Of a stretch of 64,000 bases of DNA, positions 13,181 through 26,500 are shown one piece after another. The notes beneath the pieces are model-generated. The model made no database searches and was not told the DNA's origin. It saw only the letters and a list, made by a program, of their open reading frames with translations. The position numbers and the translations under genes were made by a program. This DNA is from Callorhinchus milii (Eukaryota). The stretch is taken from contig NW_024704743.1 in assembly GCF_018977255.1 (NCBI RefSeq), forward strand, positions 4,838,001-4,902,000, written 5' to 3'. How positions within the stretch are numbered: the stretch's first letter is position 1; each line of letters opens with the position of its first letter.

Positions 13181-14520
13181 ATGTTTAAAAAGTCTGTGAA
13201 CTTACATCATCTAATCTTGTAATATCAAATGTAATTATTCAAGGCCAGAAGATGGCCCTCTGTAATGGCTTTGTGCAGTTAAAGAAAAATGGGTACATTA
13301 CACTGCTCACCCTGGCTAGTTAGAGAACAGCCCTTTTTGGGGGTCACCGGATGTCTGACACACGCAGCAACCCATCACTGTGCCTAAGAGTATCCGAACC
13401 AAGCTGAGATTTCCATGCAACCCACCTACACATGGAAATCGATAGGTTGTTGGAATGGAATGCGCACTCTCTCCCTGGAGGGACGCATTCTGCTTACCTA
13501 ATTCTGGAAAGTACTAGGGACAGGTGAGAAGCTAAAATGGGGCAGCCTTTCACTTGTAGCCACAATTAACTCAAAATTTCATTAAGATGCATTATTTCTC
13601 TTAAGTTGTTATACGTTACATTGAAAGGCAATGCAATATAGGCAGCTTTTAAGATAATTGCAGTTGGACACAGTGCTCCAGGCTCGACTATGCAAACGCT
13701 CTGCTTGTCGGCCTTCCCAACTCCTCCCTCCACAGGCTGCAGATAATCCAGAACTCTGCAGCCCGTGTCCTCTCCCGCACCACACTCCGTGACCCCATCT
13801 CCCCCATTCTCGCCCGACTCCATTGGCTCCCTATCCTTCAGAGGATCCAGTTCAAGATCCCGGTCCTCACATACAAAGCCCTCCATGGCCTCGCCCCACC
13901 CTACCTCTGGACCTCCTAACCCCCTACCAACCCACCCGTTCCCTCTGCTCAGCCGGCTCTGGTCTGCTCCACGTCCCCCGACTCACCCGCCCCATCATTG
14001 GAGGGAGAGCCTTCAGCCACTCTGCCCCCAATCTCTGGAATTCCATCCCCCAGTCACTCCGCCTCGCCCCCTCCTTAGCCTCCTTCAAGTCCTGCCTCAA
14101 AACCCTCCTCTTCGACCATGCCATCGGCCACCCCGCTTCTCCTCCCCTTCCTTACCCCCCTGACCTCAGCTTGGGTCTGAAATGCTGTACACTGTCCAGC
14201 GCCTTGGGACGTCCTCCCGACATGAAAGACACTATACAAATGTAATCTTGTTGTTGTTGATGAATAAGGTGTTCTTTCCAATAATTAGTGTAGATCTTGA
14301 ACTGTACCTGCTATCTAGGTCTTCCCTAGGTCTTTATCTAGCCACAATGCTATGCTTAGTCTGTTTAATGTGGAACATAGAAACTGAAGGTCTAAATTCC
14401 TTCACCTCTTTTTCTTTAACTGCACAAAGCCATTACAGAGGGCCATCTTCTGGCCTTGAATAATTACATTTGATATTACAAGATTAGATGATGTAAGTTC
14501 ACAGACTTTTTAAACATGTT
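13178..14520. repeat. Perfect 112-bp inverted repeat pair, 13178-13289 and 14409-14520
   Basis: Base-by-base reverse-complement identity. Confidence 0.95.
13678..14260 (+). mobile_element. L2 LINE 3' end (ORF2 C-terminus plus 3'UTR)
   Basis: Translates RLDYANALLVGLPNSSLHRLQIIQNSAARVL...LHWLP. Ends cagcgccttgggacgtcctcccgacatgaaag...(ttg)n. Confidence 0.9.
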
Positions 14521-15604
14521 AACTCTGCATGTCTTGCTTATTTACTGTGCAATCTATCCTGCTTGGTGTGGGCACTGAAGCCAAGGCACATTTTACAGGT
14601 TAAAACATCACAGCAAAGACAAAGGAATCGATCCAGGCCTTTGAGATCCCTAATGCTCTTTATGTAGTAGTTAATACCTCTCTTTCACCAGATACTGATC
14701 AGTATAAAACTCGCAATCTGATCTATGAAAATGCAGTTATTGTTTCAGTGGTGTGGGGAAAAATATCCTGAAAAGCCATTGGAGAATCCTGCCTTAGAGA
14801 CACATCACACAAGTACTGGAATTACGAGAAGGCACTTTCAGATACTATAGCATCAAAATAGTCCTCAGATGAGGCTGTCCCTCATCATGAATTCCCTAGT
14901 GTACTGGTGCAGACCTCAATTGTAGCTTGTGTGGAGCATGTTGAGATTTCCCAAAGAAATGTTTTTAGTGCATCAGTGTGGGTTTTGGCTAAGCCACCAG
15001 AAACGCAAACTGACACTTCAATCCTCTATACTTTATGGAAAGCAATTTCACTTCTCCAGAGAAACTTATTGATAATTCTATTCGCAAGATCAATGTCAGA
15101 AATCACAAGCATGCAAAGCTGCAACTTTTTTTAAAAAAAAATCAGTGAATCAGGTCAAAAGTGGGTTAAAACACACCACCATTTCACCCCTGGAGTTGCA
15201 TTCAAATTCAGTCCAGACTGAAGTGATGATAGTTTCCACTTATTCAAGTGAAATGCGTTTGGGCAGTCTCCAACCAATTACAAGCAGACTGCATTCCACA
15301 GCATAAAAGCTGGCTGTAGTGTAGAACAAATCAATGAGGTTGGCTGTTGTGGGAAATGGAAAAAGATTCACACTAGTATGTTGGACAGCAGCAATGCTTT
15401 CAATGCAATATTTCATCTAGGGCACAGTTTTCTTCACCGTTAAGTCCATACAAAGTGAGGGAGGGAAAAGAAAAAGACCGGCAACTTATAGTATTATTAG
15501 AAGATGAAAATGAAATTCCAAAAGCACAATAAGCAAGGGTTGGTTCATTACAGTCATAGATGGAAAACTACAGAAAACAGTGTTATTTTGTTTGGCAATC
15601 TCAC

Positions 15605-15682
15605 CCTCTCCTTCATGCGAGAAACAATGTATCCCAAATATGATCTCATAGCTTGTTTGCCTGTGTTTTTCTTCTTCATGCT
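15605..15682 (-). CDS. ZMYND11: ZMYND11 exon 5, [26 protein letters not shown]
   Basis: Matches human [26 protein letters not shown]. Acceptor gtttttag, donor gtgaga, 78 nt. Confidence 0.95.
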
Positions 15683-16075
15683 CTAAAAACAAAACAAATG
15701 CATTTAAATTAAGGTCCACCAATAATCACAAATAGGATACAATTCCAGAGCATAAAGCAACGACAACTTGCAATTATACAGTGCCATCCACATAGCATAA
15801 GGTCTCAGAGCGCTTTACGTTGACGTGTTGAGCAAGGGAGGAGGTCGAAAAGTGAAGTCAAAAGAGGAAGGTTTTAAGGTTTTAAGCGCAGGAAACGGGG
15901 CAAGTCTACCACCTCGAAGCAAAACCAGTGGCGTTTTGATACAACTACTGTGGTGAAATGTCACAAAGGGCTTCAAAGAGTTTCAGTAAATTGCAATGAC
16001 AAGTGTGTATCTGCAGGTAAATATAACATCTAATTTGCACACAGCAGTGTCCCACTAACGGCTAATTATACTCAC

Positions 16076-16237
16076 TTTGCATATTTGGCACTGCCAATGC
16101 GAACTGCTGTCCTGTGGCCTGACTTCATCCGGGAGACATTTTGGGTGATAGACACGAAAGCAAGAGTCGCAAGTCAAGACCTCTCCTGCCATATGACACT
16201 CCATGCAATACCAGTCGTGGTTTTCTACTTCCCAATC
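16076..16237 (-). CDS. ZMYND11: ZMYND11 exon 4, PHD finger [54 protein letters not shown]
   Basis: PHD-type Cys/His spacing in ORF 16055..16243. 162 nt, phase 0-0, donor gtgagt, acceptor ttttgtattggag. Confidence 0.95.
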
Positions 16238-17499
16238 CTCCAATACAAAAGAAACAAGTTAACCAACTTAAGCACAAGTATTTAGAAGTGATCAGAAGCA
16301 CATTTTTTTTGGGGGGGGGATGAGGGAGAGAGGCTGGAGAGAAAGACTGAACACCGCAAAGTGAACAATGATAATCTTGAAATGACAAATGAGTACTAAC
16401 AGAACCAGTTTGAGTTATCAGAATGTCAACTGTGCTCACTGAACTGTTTTTGTTAAACGCAATGGCCATCCAAACCCACTTTAAGCCACTGAACACTCGG
16501 ATATTTTGACATTTTTCACCACCAAAGTTAATCACATGGCAAATCAAAAAAAAATATTACATTAGGACTGAAGTCATACCAAGATTTCCTGGTTTGTTCT
16601 GGAGTTAATAATTTGGTTAAAAGTAATCAAAACCACACAATTATGCATCCATCAATCGGGTTTTATAGTGCAACAGTATGATGACGTGCATCCACAACCC
16701 TGTGGCTCTGACTTCCAACACCAGATGGCTCTAAACATTATTTAAAGACAGCAAGACTCCATTATACGATGTAAAACCTTCGTTTCTAACTCAAATGTTG
16801 TATAAAATGTAGCTGCAGAAGGCCAGGGAACTGAGATTTAAAGCATTTACCTTTAAATGCCCTTGGCGTTTTGCAAACAAATTTAAAAAATGCAGAAAAC
16901 GAGTCCCTTGACAAAAGATTAACTGATTTTGAAATGTTCTGTCCAATATTTAGATTTTTAAAAAAAATTATACAGATGGAAAAAATTGCAGATAACTGGG
17001 CCAGGGCCAGTAGCGAAACACATTACTGAGTCTGTATTCCTACAGTGTAGGAAAAAATTGTGCTGCAATAGTATAGTTGCTTTTGTTAGGCTTTAAAAGT
17101 TACTCTGAGGGCTGGAACCAAACTTTTAAATATGCATGTCTCTGCCAAGCAAACATTCCACATGGACGCATTTCCTTTTGCTGCTGCTGTGCAGAAATGC
17201 CTTGCAATTTGATTCCACTGGTGCTGGAAGTCATTTTTCCTTCAATCCGTAGGAGTCCTGGCCCACAAGAAAACTTGGCTTTCTCTGCCCATTAAATTAG
17301 ACTGTAGCCGTTGACACTGATAAAACTCAAAACTCTGAAACTGGTCCGAACACCACTGGGAAGGAAAGTCTGAAATCTCTTTTCAAAATGTCTCTTCTAG
17401 CCATGTCAGATACTGGGAAACAATTGGATAAAAACATTCGCCATCTTTAACAATTATAGGCCGCTTATAAGGTGCTTCTTTATAGCATGAATTTGGTTC

Positions 17500-17960
17500 T
17501 AATGTGGTTGTATTGTGGACCCTATTCACTGTTACGTGCGCACCAGCAGCTGTTTGCTTGCTTCCCCTGTGCGGGCGAGATTCCACAATCCCACAAAGAA
17601 CGAACTGACTTATTAACCTAGAAGGTGGCCGGCCATTTTGGCTCCTCACTTAAAGCCAAACTCCAGGTTATCAGGTTGTTGCCGATGACATTTCCTGTTT
17701 GGCGTTGTGTGCAAAGCAGGAAGTTATCCGGAAGGTGGCCATTTTTCTTAGGTGGGAACCGGCTGGTATGTTGGGAGGCAAGACGGAAACCTGCATAGTG
17801 AAACCAGCTGTCGTGTGGATCCACTCACTGCCTGAGGAAATCCAACAGAATTCTTACGTGGAAAATGTCCAGAATCCACCTCCTCCTTCCCTGCTGGACC
17901 ACTTTACTGACATGATTAACAGAGAGAGAAGCTGTGCGCACCGCACCCCTGGAGCTATTG
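17500..17960. promoter_or_regulatory. Candidate intronic enhancer or internal promoter
   Basis: Two YY1-like GGCCATTTT motifs, three ETS-like GGAA cores and elevated CpG. Confidence 0.35.
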
Positions 17961-19813
17961 AATTTGCTTCAATGAGTGTGCTAGCATTATATCAATTATA
18001 TGTTATAGTAAACAAGAGTAGTCTTGCATTTGATATACTATTTGTAACATTGAAACCAATGTCTCAAAACCACTTCACAGGGAACTGTTGTTAATTATAG
18101 TGACTGTATTTGTAGGCAAACTTGCTAGTCAATTGGCATACAAAAATGTTCCACAAACATACGTGAAGCAAATGACCAATTTATCTGGGTGAATGTTGGC
18201 CAGCACACAGCAATTTGGTTAAAAGTATAGATTATAACAATGTCAATATCCAATATTGGCAGGGGAAATACTCTGAAGCAACACTGCTCTCTGTCATTAG
18301 GCGTTCTTCCCCTTTCCTTTAAACAGTTACTGACACAGATGCATAAGTCTCAACATGATCCATTACTTGCAGTGCTGAAATCTCAAACTTGCCCACCTGC
18401 AGTGGTATAACTGAGCTGCCCAGGTTACTGGTTAGGCTCCATACTCCATTGTCGAAAGCAGAAACTACTTTCCAAACTGCTTCCGTCCAGTCAACTTTGT
18501 GATATTTCACAACCAATCTGACGTGTTAATGAAAGCAGCAGAATTTCAGGCCACAATCACCTACAGAACTTCAAAGCACAGAAGGGCAATCTTTCAGCCT
18601 TATCGTGTCTCTGCTGGCTCTTTGAAAGAGCAATGCTTTTTCCCCCCATAACCCTACAAGTTACTCTATTTTAAGTATCTAACTAGTTCCCTCTTGAAAG
18701 CTAATAGGGATCATGGCTTGAGGTGGTGCATCCCTTTGACTGGTTTTGGGTGGGCTCGAAGATCTCCATGCTCCCAATTGCAGAGAACAGCACATTTGGT
18801 CATCAAAAATAGGATGATCTCGGACGGTATTCCGAAGAGCAACAGATCAGATGCTGCCTCTGGGTTTGTAAAAGTGTAATTTTCACGCACTTGGCCCTAA
18901 ATAAAGATGTCCGCTGAACGACAGAGTAAGTCACTGTAACTAACTGGCAGTTGCATTTACACCTGAAATCAATCAGTGGTTACGGACTGAAATTCCAGTT
19001 TCTTAACAGATTCGACGCAATACTGTAATCACTTCACAACAAATTTGGAGTGATGTTGCAAATTTCACCCCCAGTGTTATACATAGTGATAACCAGAAAA
19101 GAAAATCTCAAGGAAAAAAAACACAAGCAGCAACAATTCTTGCATTTGATCTAGTGCCTGCCTTAAAATGTCTGTGTTTCAGACAATGAGTTATTCAAAA
19201 TGTAGTGACTTCAAATTAATTTGATTTAAGAGGTTGCAGTAAATTCTGTGAAGTTTTAACCCCATCAGTGCCAAGCAGTCACCACTGGGAACAAACCATA
19301 CTGAAGGCTGCACTACACTTATAGAAAATAATTTCCAAAATAAAAGGAGCTGCTTAATTTTAAAAAATCAAATGCATATTTGTCAAAGATTAAAACAAGT
19401 GCAATTTAAACAATGTTTAAATTTAAATTTAAGATAAGAATATCAAATTATTCCAAGGAAGTGCACAATAGCAACAGTGACCAATTTCACAGGTTTACTT
19501 GTGTTGTAAAACCACACAGGACTGTTTCTAGATGCACTTCCGATAACCTAGAGAAAATAGGTAGTAGCTCAGAGAACATTCAGATCTATTTACTGCATTT
19601 TACAATTTTACCAGTGGTTTCACAATCTTGCTCCTCCAAATGAGGACAGTTAAACCACAGACTTATAATGTGAAACAATGCAGCTTTACAGTTGCGTATA
19701 TGATCATGAATTTTTATCCTTGCAATCCGATGTGCTTTTCCTGGGTAAACACGTTCGTGCCAGCAGTTTGAATGGTACGTATGTAATAAATTCCAGATAA
19801 TGGCAATGCTTAC

Positions 19814-19973
19814 AATCTCGTCCCCGGGTAACCAATATCCTTCTTGCTCGATTCCTGCCTTTGAACCCTTACAACCCACAGTCAGTGTCTCAACAATCAG
19901 GCCGTCTTTTACTGCAAGGCTCAGCTGTCGATTGGCGTCCTTTGGGTGCATACTGTGAAGGCGCGACATGAAC
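19814..19973 (-). CDS. ZMYND11: ZMYND11 exon 3, (K)[53 protein letters not shown]
   Basis: Overlaps ORF 19586..19969, near-identical to human. Acceptor ctccccttag, donor gtaagc, 160 nt, restores frame after exon 2. Confidence 0.97.
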
Positions 19974-22700
19974 CTAAGGGGAGACCAAAGACAATCTCAA
20001 TTATCACCGCTAAATAAAGGAACACCGTGCATTACCGACATAATTGTCGTTCTAGCCACATTATAATGAGCTTTAAGTACATTCTACAAAATATTACTAT
20101 CCTATAAATCAAATAATCTAAGGAATAAAAATGTTTACTGCACACATATTGACAGAGCATGCATAGCAATGTAGAGCTGATTGTCAGAATTGCAATTTCA
20201 AATTAGGTTGCACAAATGCCAATGGAAAAAAAGTCTATTAAACAGGATGCATTCCAGTAATTATTCAACACATTCTCCCTAGAATGGTTGCAATGAATGG
20301 TAACATTACCAAAACAGATGTTTCTTATCCTAAAATGGAAGACATTCAAACAATATTCTCTGTACTGGGTTATTAGTAGAATGAAACTAGTATTAGAACC
20401 AGTATAAAGCTGCCAGAAAAAAACACAAGCAGCATTTGAAATTGGCATGAACATTTATATCAATGCTCACCCCTGTAGGATTTGACTTGAAAACATTTTC
20501 AATCTGATATTATACAAGTAAACAGACATAGTTTACCCAATATACTCAGCATAAAACATCCAACATTACATTCATATCAATGTATAAACAACTACTATGT
20601 CATAATTTTAAGAATGAAGTAAAAGTAGGTCAGGAAACTGTTTAATATTTGTGTGAGTTTAATGAAGCAGCAGAGGATCTCTGAAGGATCACTCCACAGG
20701 AGGTCATTCCTTGCGTTTAATATAGTTCTTTTCATGTCAGGATTGCTCAAAGCACTTCAGTGTTTTGCTGTAAAGTGTAGTGACTGTATTTTGTAGGCAA
20801 ATCGCCAACCAATTGCACACAGCAATACTCCATAAAGTCATGAAAGGAGTGACCAATTTTTTTGAGATTTTTGGCCAGATACCAGGAGAAACTCCCTTTC
20901 CTTTTCAAATGGTTCTAAGGGATCTTTAACACTTACCTGAACAGACATCCAGGACCTTGGTTTAATGTTTCATCCTAACAACGCACTGGGTGCCAGTCGA
21001 GATTGAATTTAAGTCCCAATGTGGGGCTTCTACCCACAACCTTCAGACTCATATGGGAGAGGGCTACTAACTTAGCCAGGATGACAGCTGACAGTATGAA
21101 CCCAGTGATAATCTGATGTGGCACTACAATCCTTTTTTTTTATAAAGAGCATTTCAGTCTTCACCACACCTCTGTCTCTTATTTATTCGCCTGAAAACTT
21201 TGGAAATCATGGAGGAATTGATACTATGAACCAAGGGAGTGACTGGGATAAGATCATGAACTGGTTGGTTGGGTTCGCAGAGCAACACCTGGAGAAGCAA
21301 ATTGTCTGACAAGCAAAATTGCACAGATTAACTTTGCGAAAGAATCTGTTTGATGTTTCTACTCCGCCTTTCCCCAAACATAGAGTTGTAGAATTTGCAA
21401 GTTTGCACCAAAACAAAATCCCATTTCCACAGACATCTCCTTCTGACAAGAATTGAATGGCAATGACGGAGATGATACAGTTCAGACAAGACTCTTCAGA
21501 AGTGATGCATCAGAATTTCATAATTTTTTCCTGTCAGAGTTCTAAATAACCTCCTGCGCATTTGCAGTATTTCTGCTTTTATTTGATGGAAATGTGAAGT
21601 TCTGGATATTCTGGAAATGAATCAGTCCAACCAAATATGTTCTAATGCAATGAGGTACAATATGAAATATAATACAATTTACGTTTATATAGCGCCTTTC
21701 ACTTTGAGAGGATGTTTCAGAGTGCTTGAGATAAGTTCTGAACACAGTAAGGTTGCAGGTGAAAGGAAGAGTATACTGTATGGAAAAATTTACTTGAAGC
21801 TGGTGAAGGAAACTAAAGAATAACCCAACACAGAGTTTATTGAGGAGCTTGGGAGCTGATTCAGTCACCTGATTCCAGGAATATACAGCAATAAAAAGCC
21901 AGAGTCCTGAAGTTCACCTAGTTTTCACCTGTAAGACCATTTTGTCTTATACAATACAAATTACATTTGTACAGCGCCTTTTATGTCGGGAGGACGTCCC
22001 AAGGCGCTGGACAGTCAGGGATTTGGACCCAAGCTGGGTGGCCTTAAGATATAAGATCGAGCAGAATTGTGGAAAATTCTTAAAATTCTATCTTAATGTG
22101 GAAACCAGTCTTTTTTTTTACATCTGCGGAAAACTAGTTACCATAGTAAGGTCTCACTGACTAAGATGAGGAGTCACTTCAGGCCTCGGTTTTCCATTTT
22201 TTAGTGTGTGTCAGATTACAGGCCTAAATATTACAGTCACGTCCCTTGTGGCAAAACCCAGCTCCTCCCATAACATATCACTGAAGCGAAGGGATTCCCA
22301 GCTATAAATGAAGTGCTATAAACAACTGCTTTCATCTCTACAACAAGTGTCTTTTGAACTCTGTCTCAACTTTCGTCCTCCTATAGGAAATTAGAGGTAG
22401 GAACCAGATTTCTTCTCTGTAATTTCTTCTACATCTGCTCTAGTTTGAAAAATAAAGCTCGGGAACTGCCTCGTCGATGCCATCCGAAGACTATTTGAGA
22501 AAAGATGGCCACACCAAAATAGTAAGAGACAATAGCTGGCAGATTTAAATTAATTAATATAGAAACAATCAAAAACTAAATGCTCTGTGCACAAATATTA
22601 ATATTGTTCATATGTATTGTATGTATAATATCCCAATATATAATACTGTATATATATCACAAATATTAGGAAGTATATTAGTCTGGTTCAGTTGGTATCA

Positions 22701-23006
22701 GAAGTCGCTGGGAACACAGGCAGCAACTATGGAGAAAGGAAAGTGAGTCAACATGTTCGGTCCACAACCTTTCGGCAGAAGACGTCAGAAGTTGACTCAC
22801 TTTCCTTTTTCCGTAGATCCTGCCTGACCTGCTGAGTGTTCCCAGTGGCTTCTGTTTTCGTTTCAGATTTCGCCCACAAATATACGGTCAATTCACTTTA
22901 CAGTCTATTCTGTGAAGCGCTTTGAGACGTCGAGAAGACGTGAAAAGCGCTATATCAAATGCAAGGATTATTATTATTATTATTTCTAGCGTCTGCAGTA
23001 TTTGGC
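22701..23006. mobile_element. Penelope-like inverted terminal-repeat remnant with a nested SINE fragment (22868-22984, + strand)
   Basis: Imperfect palindrome 22699-22854 containing tgcctgacctgctgag. Homologous to 36541-36640. Flanked by a 15-bp direct repeat. Confidence 0.7.
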
Positions 23007-23249
23007 GTTCAGTTGGTATCACTCTTGCTTCTGAGTCAGAGGGTTGTGCTTTCAAGGCTCATGTAAAAGATCTGGAACTCATATTGTCTAGGCTGACACT
23101 CTAATGCAGTGCTGGGGGTCCTGGCCAAGAGGCCCCCAAATAAAAGTGGTCACTCATTTCATGGCTATGTGTAAATTCACTTACAAAATATACAATCAGT
23201 AGATTTCACAGGATATCCTGTAAAACACTTTGAAATTTCCAACATCTTT

Positions 23250-23593
23250 ATCATAATCCTTGCTTTTGATGTAGCTTCTTATCGTGTCTTCAAGACGTCT
23301 CAAAGTGCTTCACAGAATATACTGTAAAGTGAATTGACTATATTTTGGGGGCGAAACGCGGCAGCCAACGGCACGCAGCAGTGTCCCACAAACAGTCGCG
23401 TATAAGAGTGATCACATTTTTTTTAAAAAAAGGGATTATTACCCCCAGATAAGCGATCTGCTTATTGGCAACAACCGGATTCCTACTTGCTGCTAGGTAA
23501 ACAAAGGCGTGTCGAGTCAGGAAACCTGCCTAACGTTTCGCCCTGCCGGGAATCAAACCCAGGTCCTCTCATTTGTGAGACGAGTGGTCCAAC
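23250..23593 (-). mobile_element. Full-length SINE (long variant)
   Basis: Runs from the tail to the ggactcc head end. Confidence 0.85.
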
Positions 23594-26500
23594 CAATATG
23601 CTACAGGACTCCACAATCAAATGTAAGGATTATTGTTTTGTTTGTATTAAGTACACATAACTTAGTATCCGATCTTCATCTTGGTGATAGACTTAAGACA
23701 AAATAAGGACCAAGAAGTTGTGCAGTATTCATAATGCTTGTCTTATGTATGTTTATTCTCATAAAATACGCAGGACAACATTGAGCAATTTCAGACAATT
23801 TCAGGGTTAATGCATACAGAAGTATCTTCTGAGCAGTATCATAATTCACAAAACAGATTTTCTCACTTTGAAGTGTTTAATAATCACTTGAACATATCTG
23901 CTCAATAATAATAATGAAAGCTGCATACATCACATAGAATAATACAAATATATTTCCAGGAGGTAGCATACTTAGTATTCAGATTATAATAACAAATCAC
24001 TCAAGTTTGCCTCAGAGTCTAGGATATTACCTGAATCCTAAGCATCATTGTCTATAATAGACTCAAAACTACAGTTAATGAAAGGCCTTTTATTTCTATT
24101 CAAAATATAACTTTTATTTACAGAGCACTGGAGAAGCACAGTTGTTCCAACGTTCTGTGTCAGACACTTGAACTCACAATATTTGTTCAATCTGTAGCGT
24201 TCCAAGATGCTACCTCGTATGAAAGGAACTATATAAATGCAAGTCGTCGTTGGCTCCAAGGCCTATATACTTCACTGAGGTGATGAGTTATCAACCAGTC
24301 CTGCCGTGGACCTCAAAACAAGACTAAAAGTGGCTGAAGGTAGAATTTCACAAATCAATTTTAAAGATTAGTAGGAAATTTAGTCTTCTTAATTTGTATT
24401 AAAAAATATTTTTTTCTTAAAAAGTGGTTTTAAAACTGTGTTGCTGTAGCAACACGTTTTAAGATTTAATACCAAATAGGGTCACAAGTTCACAATCCAG
24501 GGACTGAATCCCTTTTCAAAAGAAAACTGTTTTCCTCCTCTTTTGGGGATGAATTATTCTCTTAAACTGTATGACGGAGCTGAAATTCACTCATTTTTGA
24601 ATTCCACTGATGTTCCTATCTGAACAAGCACATCTACAAAAAGCAGACTCAACAGTGATATACCTCGGATGTCTTTAAATCAAATTTCACCTGGGTCCAC
24701 TCCAATTACTGTAACATATTGAAATAGTAAAGCATTATTCAAGTAAGGAACCTCAGTATTGTAAAGATTGTAGAAACAAGGGTTCACCAATATCACATTT
24801 TACAACCATCTATTCGTGTCCAAGGTCAATTTGCAGCAGAACATCCAAGTCAGTTTCAGTAAAAATTACTGTGGTATAATCATAGACCAAGTACTGAAAG
24901 AGGGCAAAGTGATTACAGTACAACAAACATGGAACAAAATTTAGAATTGATCAACACTGTAGCATCAAATGCTGGTGCTCTGCAGTGGAAAGCTCAAAAC
25001 CAGTATAAAAGAAAATTTTGTCGTCAATTACCAGAAAAAAAATCACTTTTATTAAACGTGCCAGGAAAGACCACACCAGCAACATATGTACCACAGGATT
25101 CATTAAAATGTCATCAAACTTTAAACAGAAAGCAATTTCAGAATGAAGTCTAATTGAGGCAGCTCACTTTGCAATATGAAACAATTTCGAACAAGATTCT
25201 TTAATTAAGGGATAGTGCGTTCCTCCTTCAACTAACTGAAAGTACTTTGTGCCAACCTCTACTCTGAAATCAGACTGGTTGTCAGAGTGAATTTACCGTT
25301 GGTCTCCCGTCTCCTGAAGGAATCCAATTATAAATTGATACGTTAATACGCCAATGATTTGATAAATTCACACTATGTGGACAACCGACAGACAAAATGG
25401 TGTGGAAACACAATTACATATCCAGTTAGTGACTGAGTTCTCAAATTTTTTGAGGTCGTACACTGGTAAGACATGTTTACTTAGAAGCGAGTCCAGTTAA
25501 AAAATAATTGGCAAGTTTGGAAAAAAAAGTAATTCAACTATACCAATTATCATCTTCATAAATAAGCAACCAGACTTCTCTTCCCATTGGTATTTTTCTT
25601 AGCATAATAAATGTTCTGATTTGGAAGTCAACTAAATTAATGTTTTTCTTAGACAGACAGCTGGATTTTCATAGACGTCACCAGAATAATTTAATCCAGC
25701 AAATTAAAACGATATTTACTGTGTCTAAAGTCAGATGAAAGTGTTTTTCTCTATTTATCCCAATTTTCTCCCTGTTTATTCCTCTCTATCCCTGATTTTA
25801 CGGTTTCCCTTTGGACCAAGAGAAAATCCTGCCTGGTAAACAGCAATACAATGGCAAAGTAATTATTTTTATCCATGCACTGATTATCTTGAGAGAGGGG
25901 GAGGAGGGAAAGCTTAAAGAGCCACTTGACAACACGCTGTCCAATGATGTCTAGTACATGAGACAACATGGTGGTTCAAGGTTCAAGTTCTGTGCCAAAT
26001 CCAGCATAATCAACTACAATTATTCCGTCTTGATTGCTTCCAGTTTCTATTTTATCCCAGTTATATTCCAGTGTTGCGTTAAATGGCAGAGGATTTTGTT
26101 TAGGTATTTTAGATACAATGACAATGGCCATCAAGCAGGCGTGCTATCTTCTTCACTGCCACTGCAGCCTGACAAACCAACAGTACGTGAACCATGATGA
26201 CGGAGCAAGTAATCAATATGGCTAGATCATGGCTGGCTAGGTTTCATTTTGATTGTACAGCACAAGATTACATTTGTAAAGCGCCTTTCACGTTAGGAGG
26301 ACGTCCCAAAGCGCTGAACATTGTAATACATATGATTAAAAAAAACAATTGTTCAAGGCAGGATGTATCAACTTCCCAACCTTGATAATTCCTCTAATGT
26401 TTGCCTGAACCCTCAAAGGAAACTGGAATCACCCATTTGCGGATATTGAGAACTCTGGCCTGGATTTCATTTACGTCACACGTTCCAGATATTCAATATG

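Noticed and set aside
16238..19813. A short extra exon between exons 3 and 4 that I recall from some non-mammalian ZMYND11 proteins
   Set aside because: I could not identify a convincing in-frame match by eye; tBLASTn or RNA-seq would be needed.
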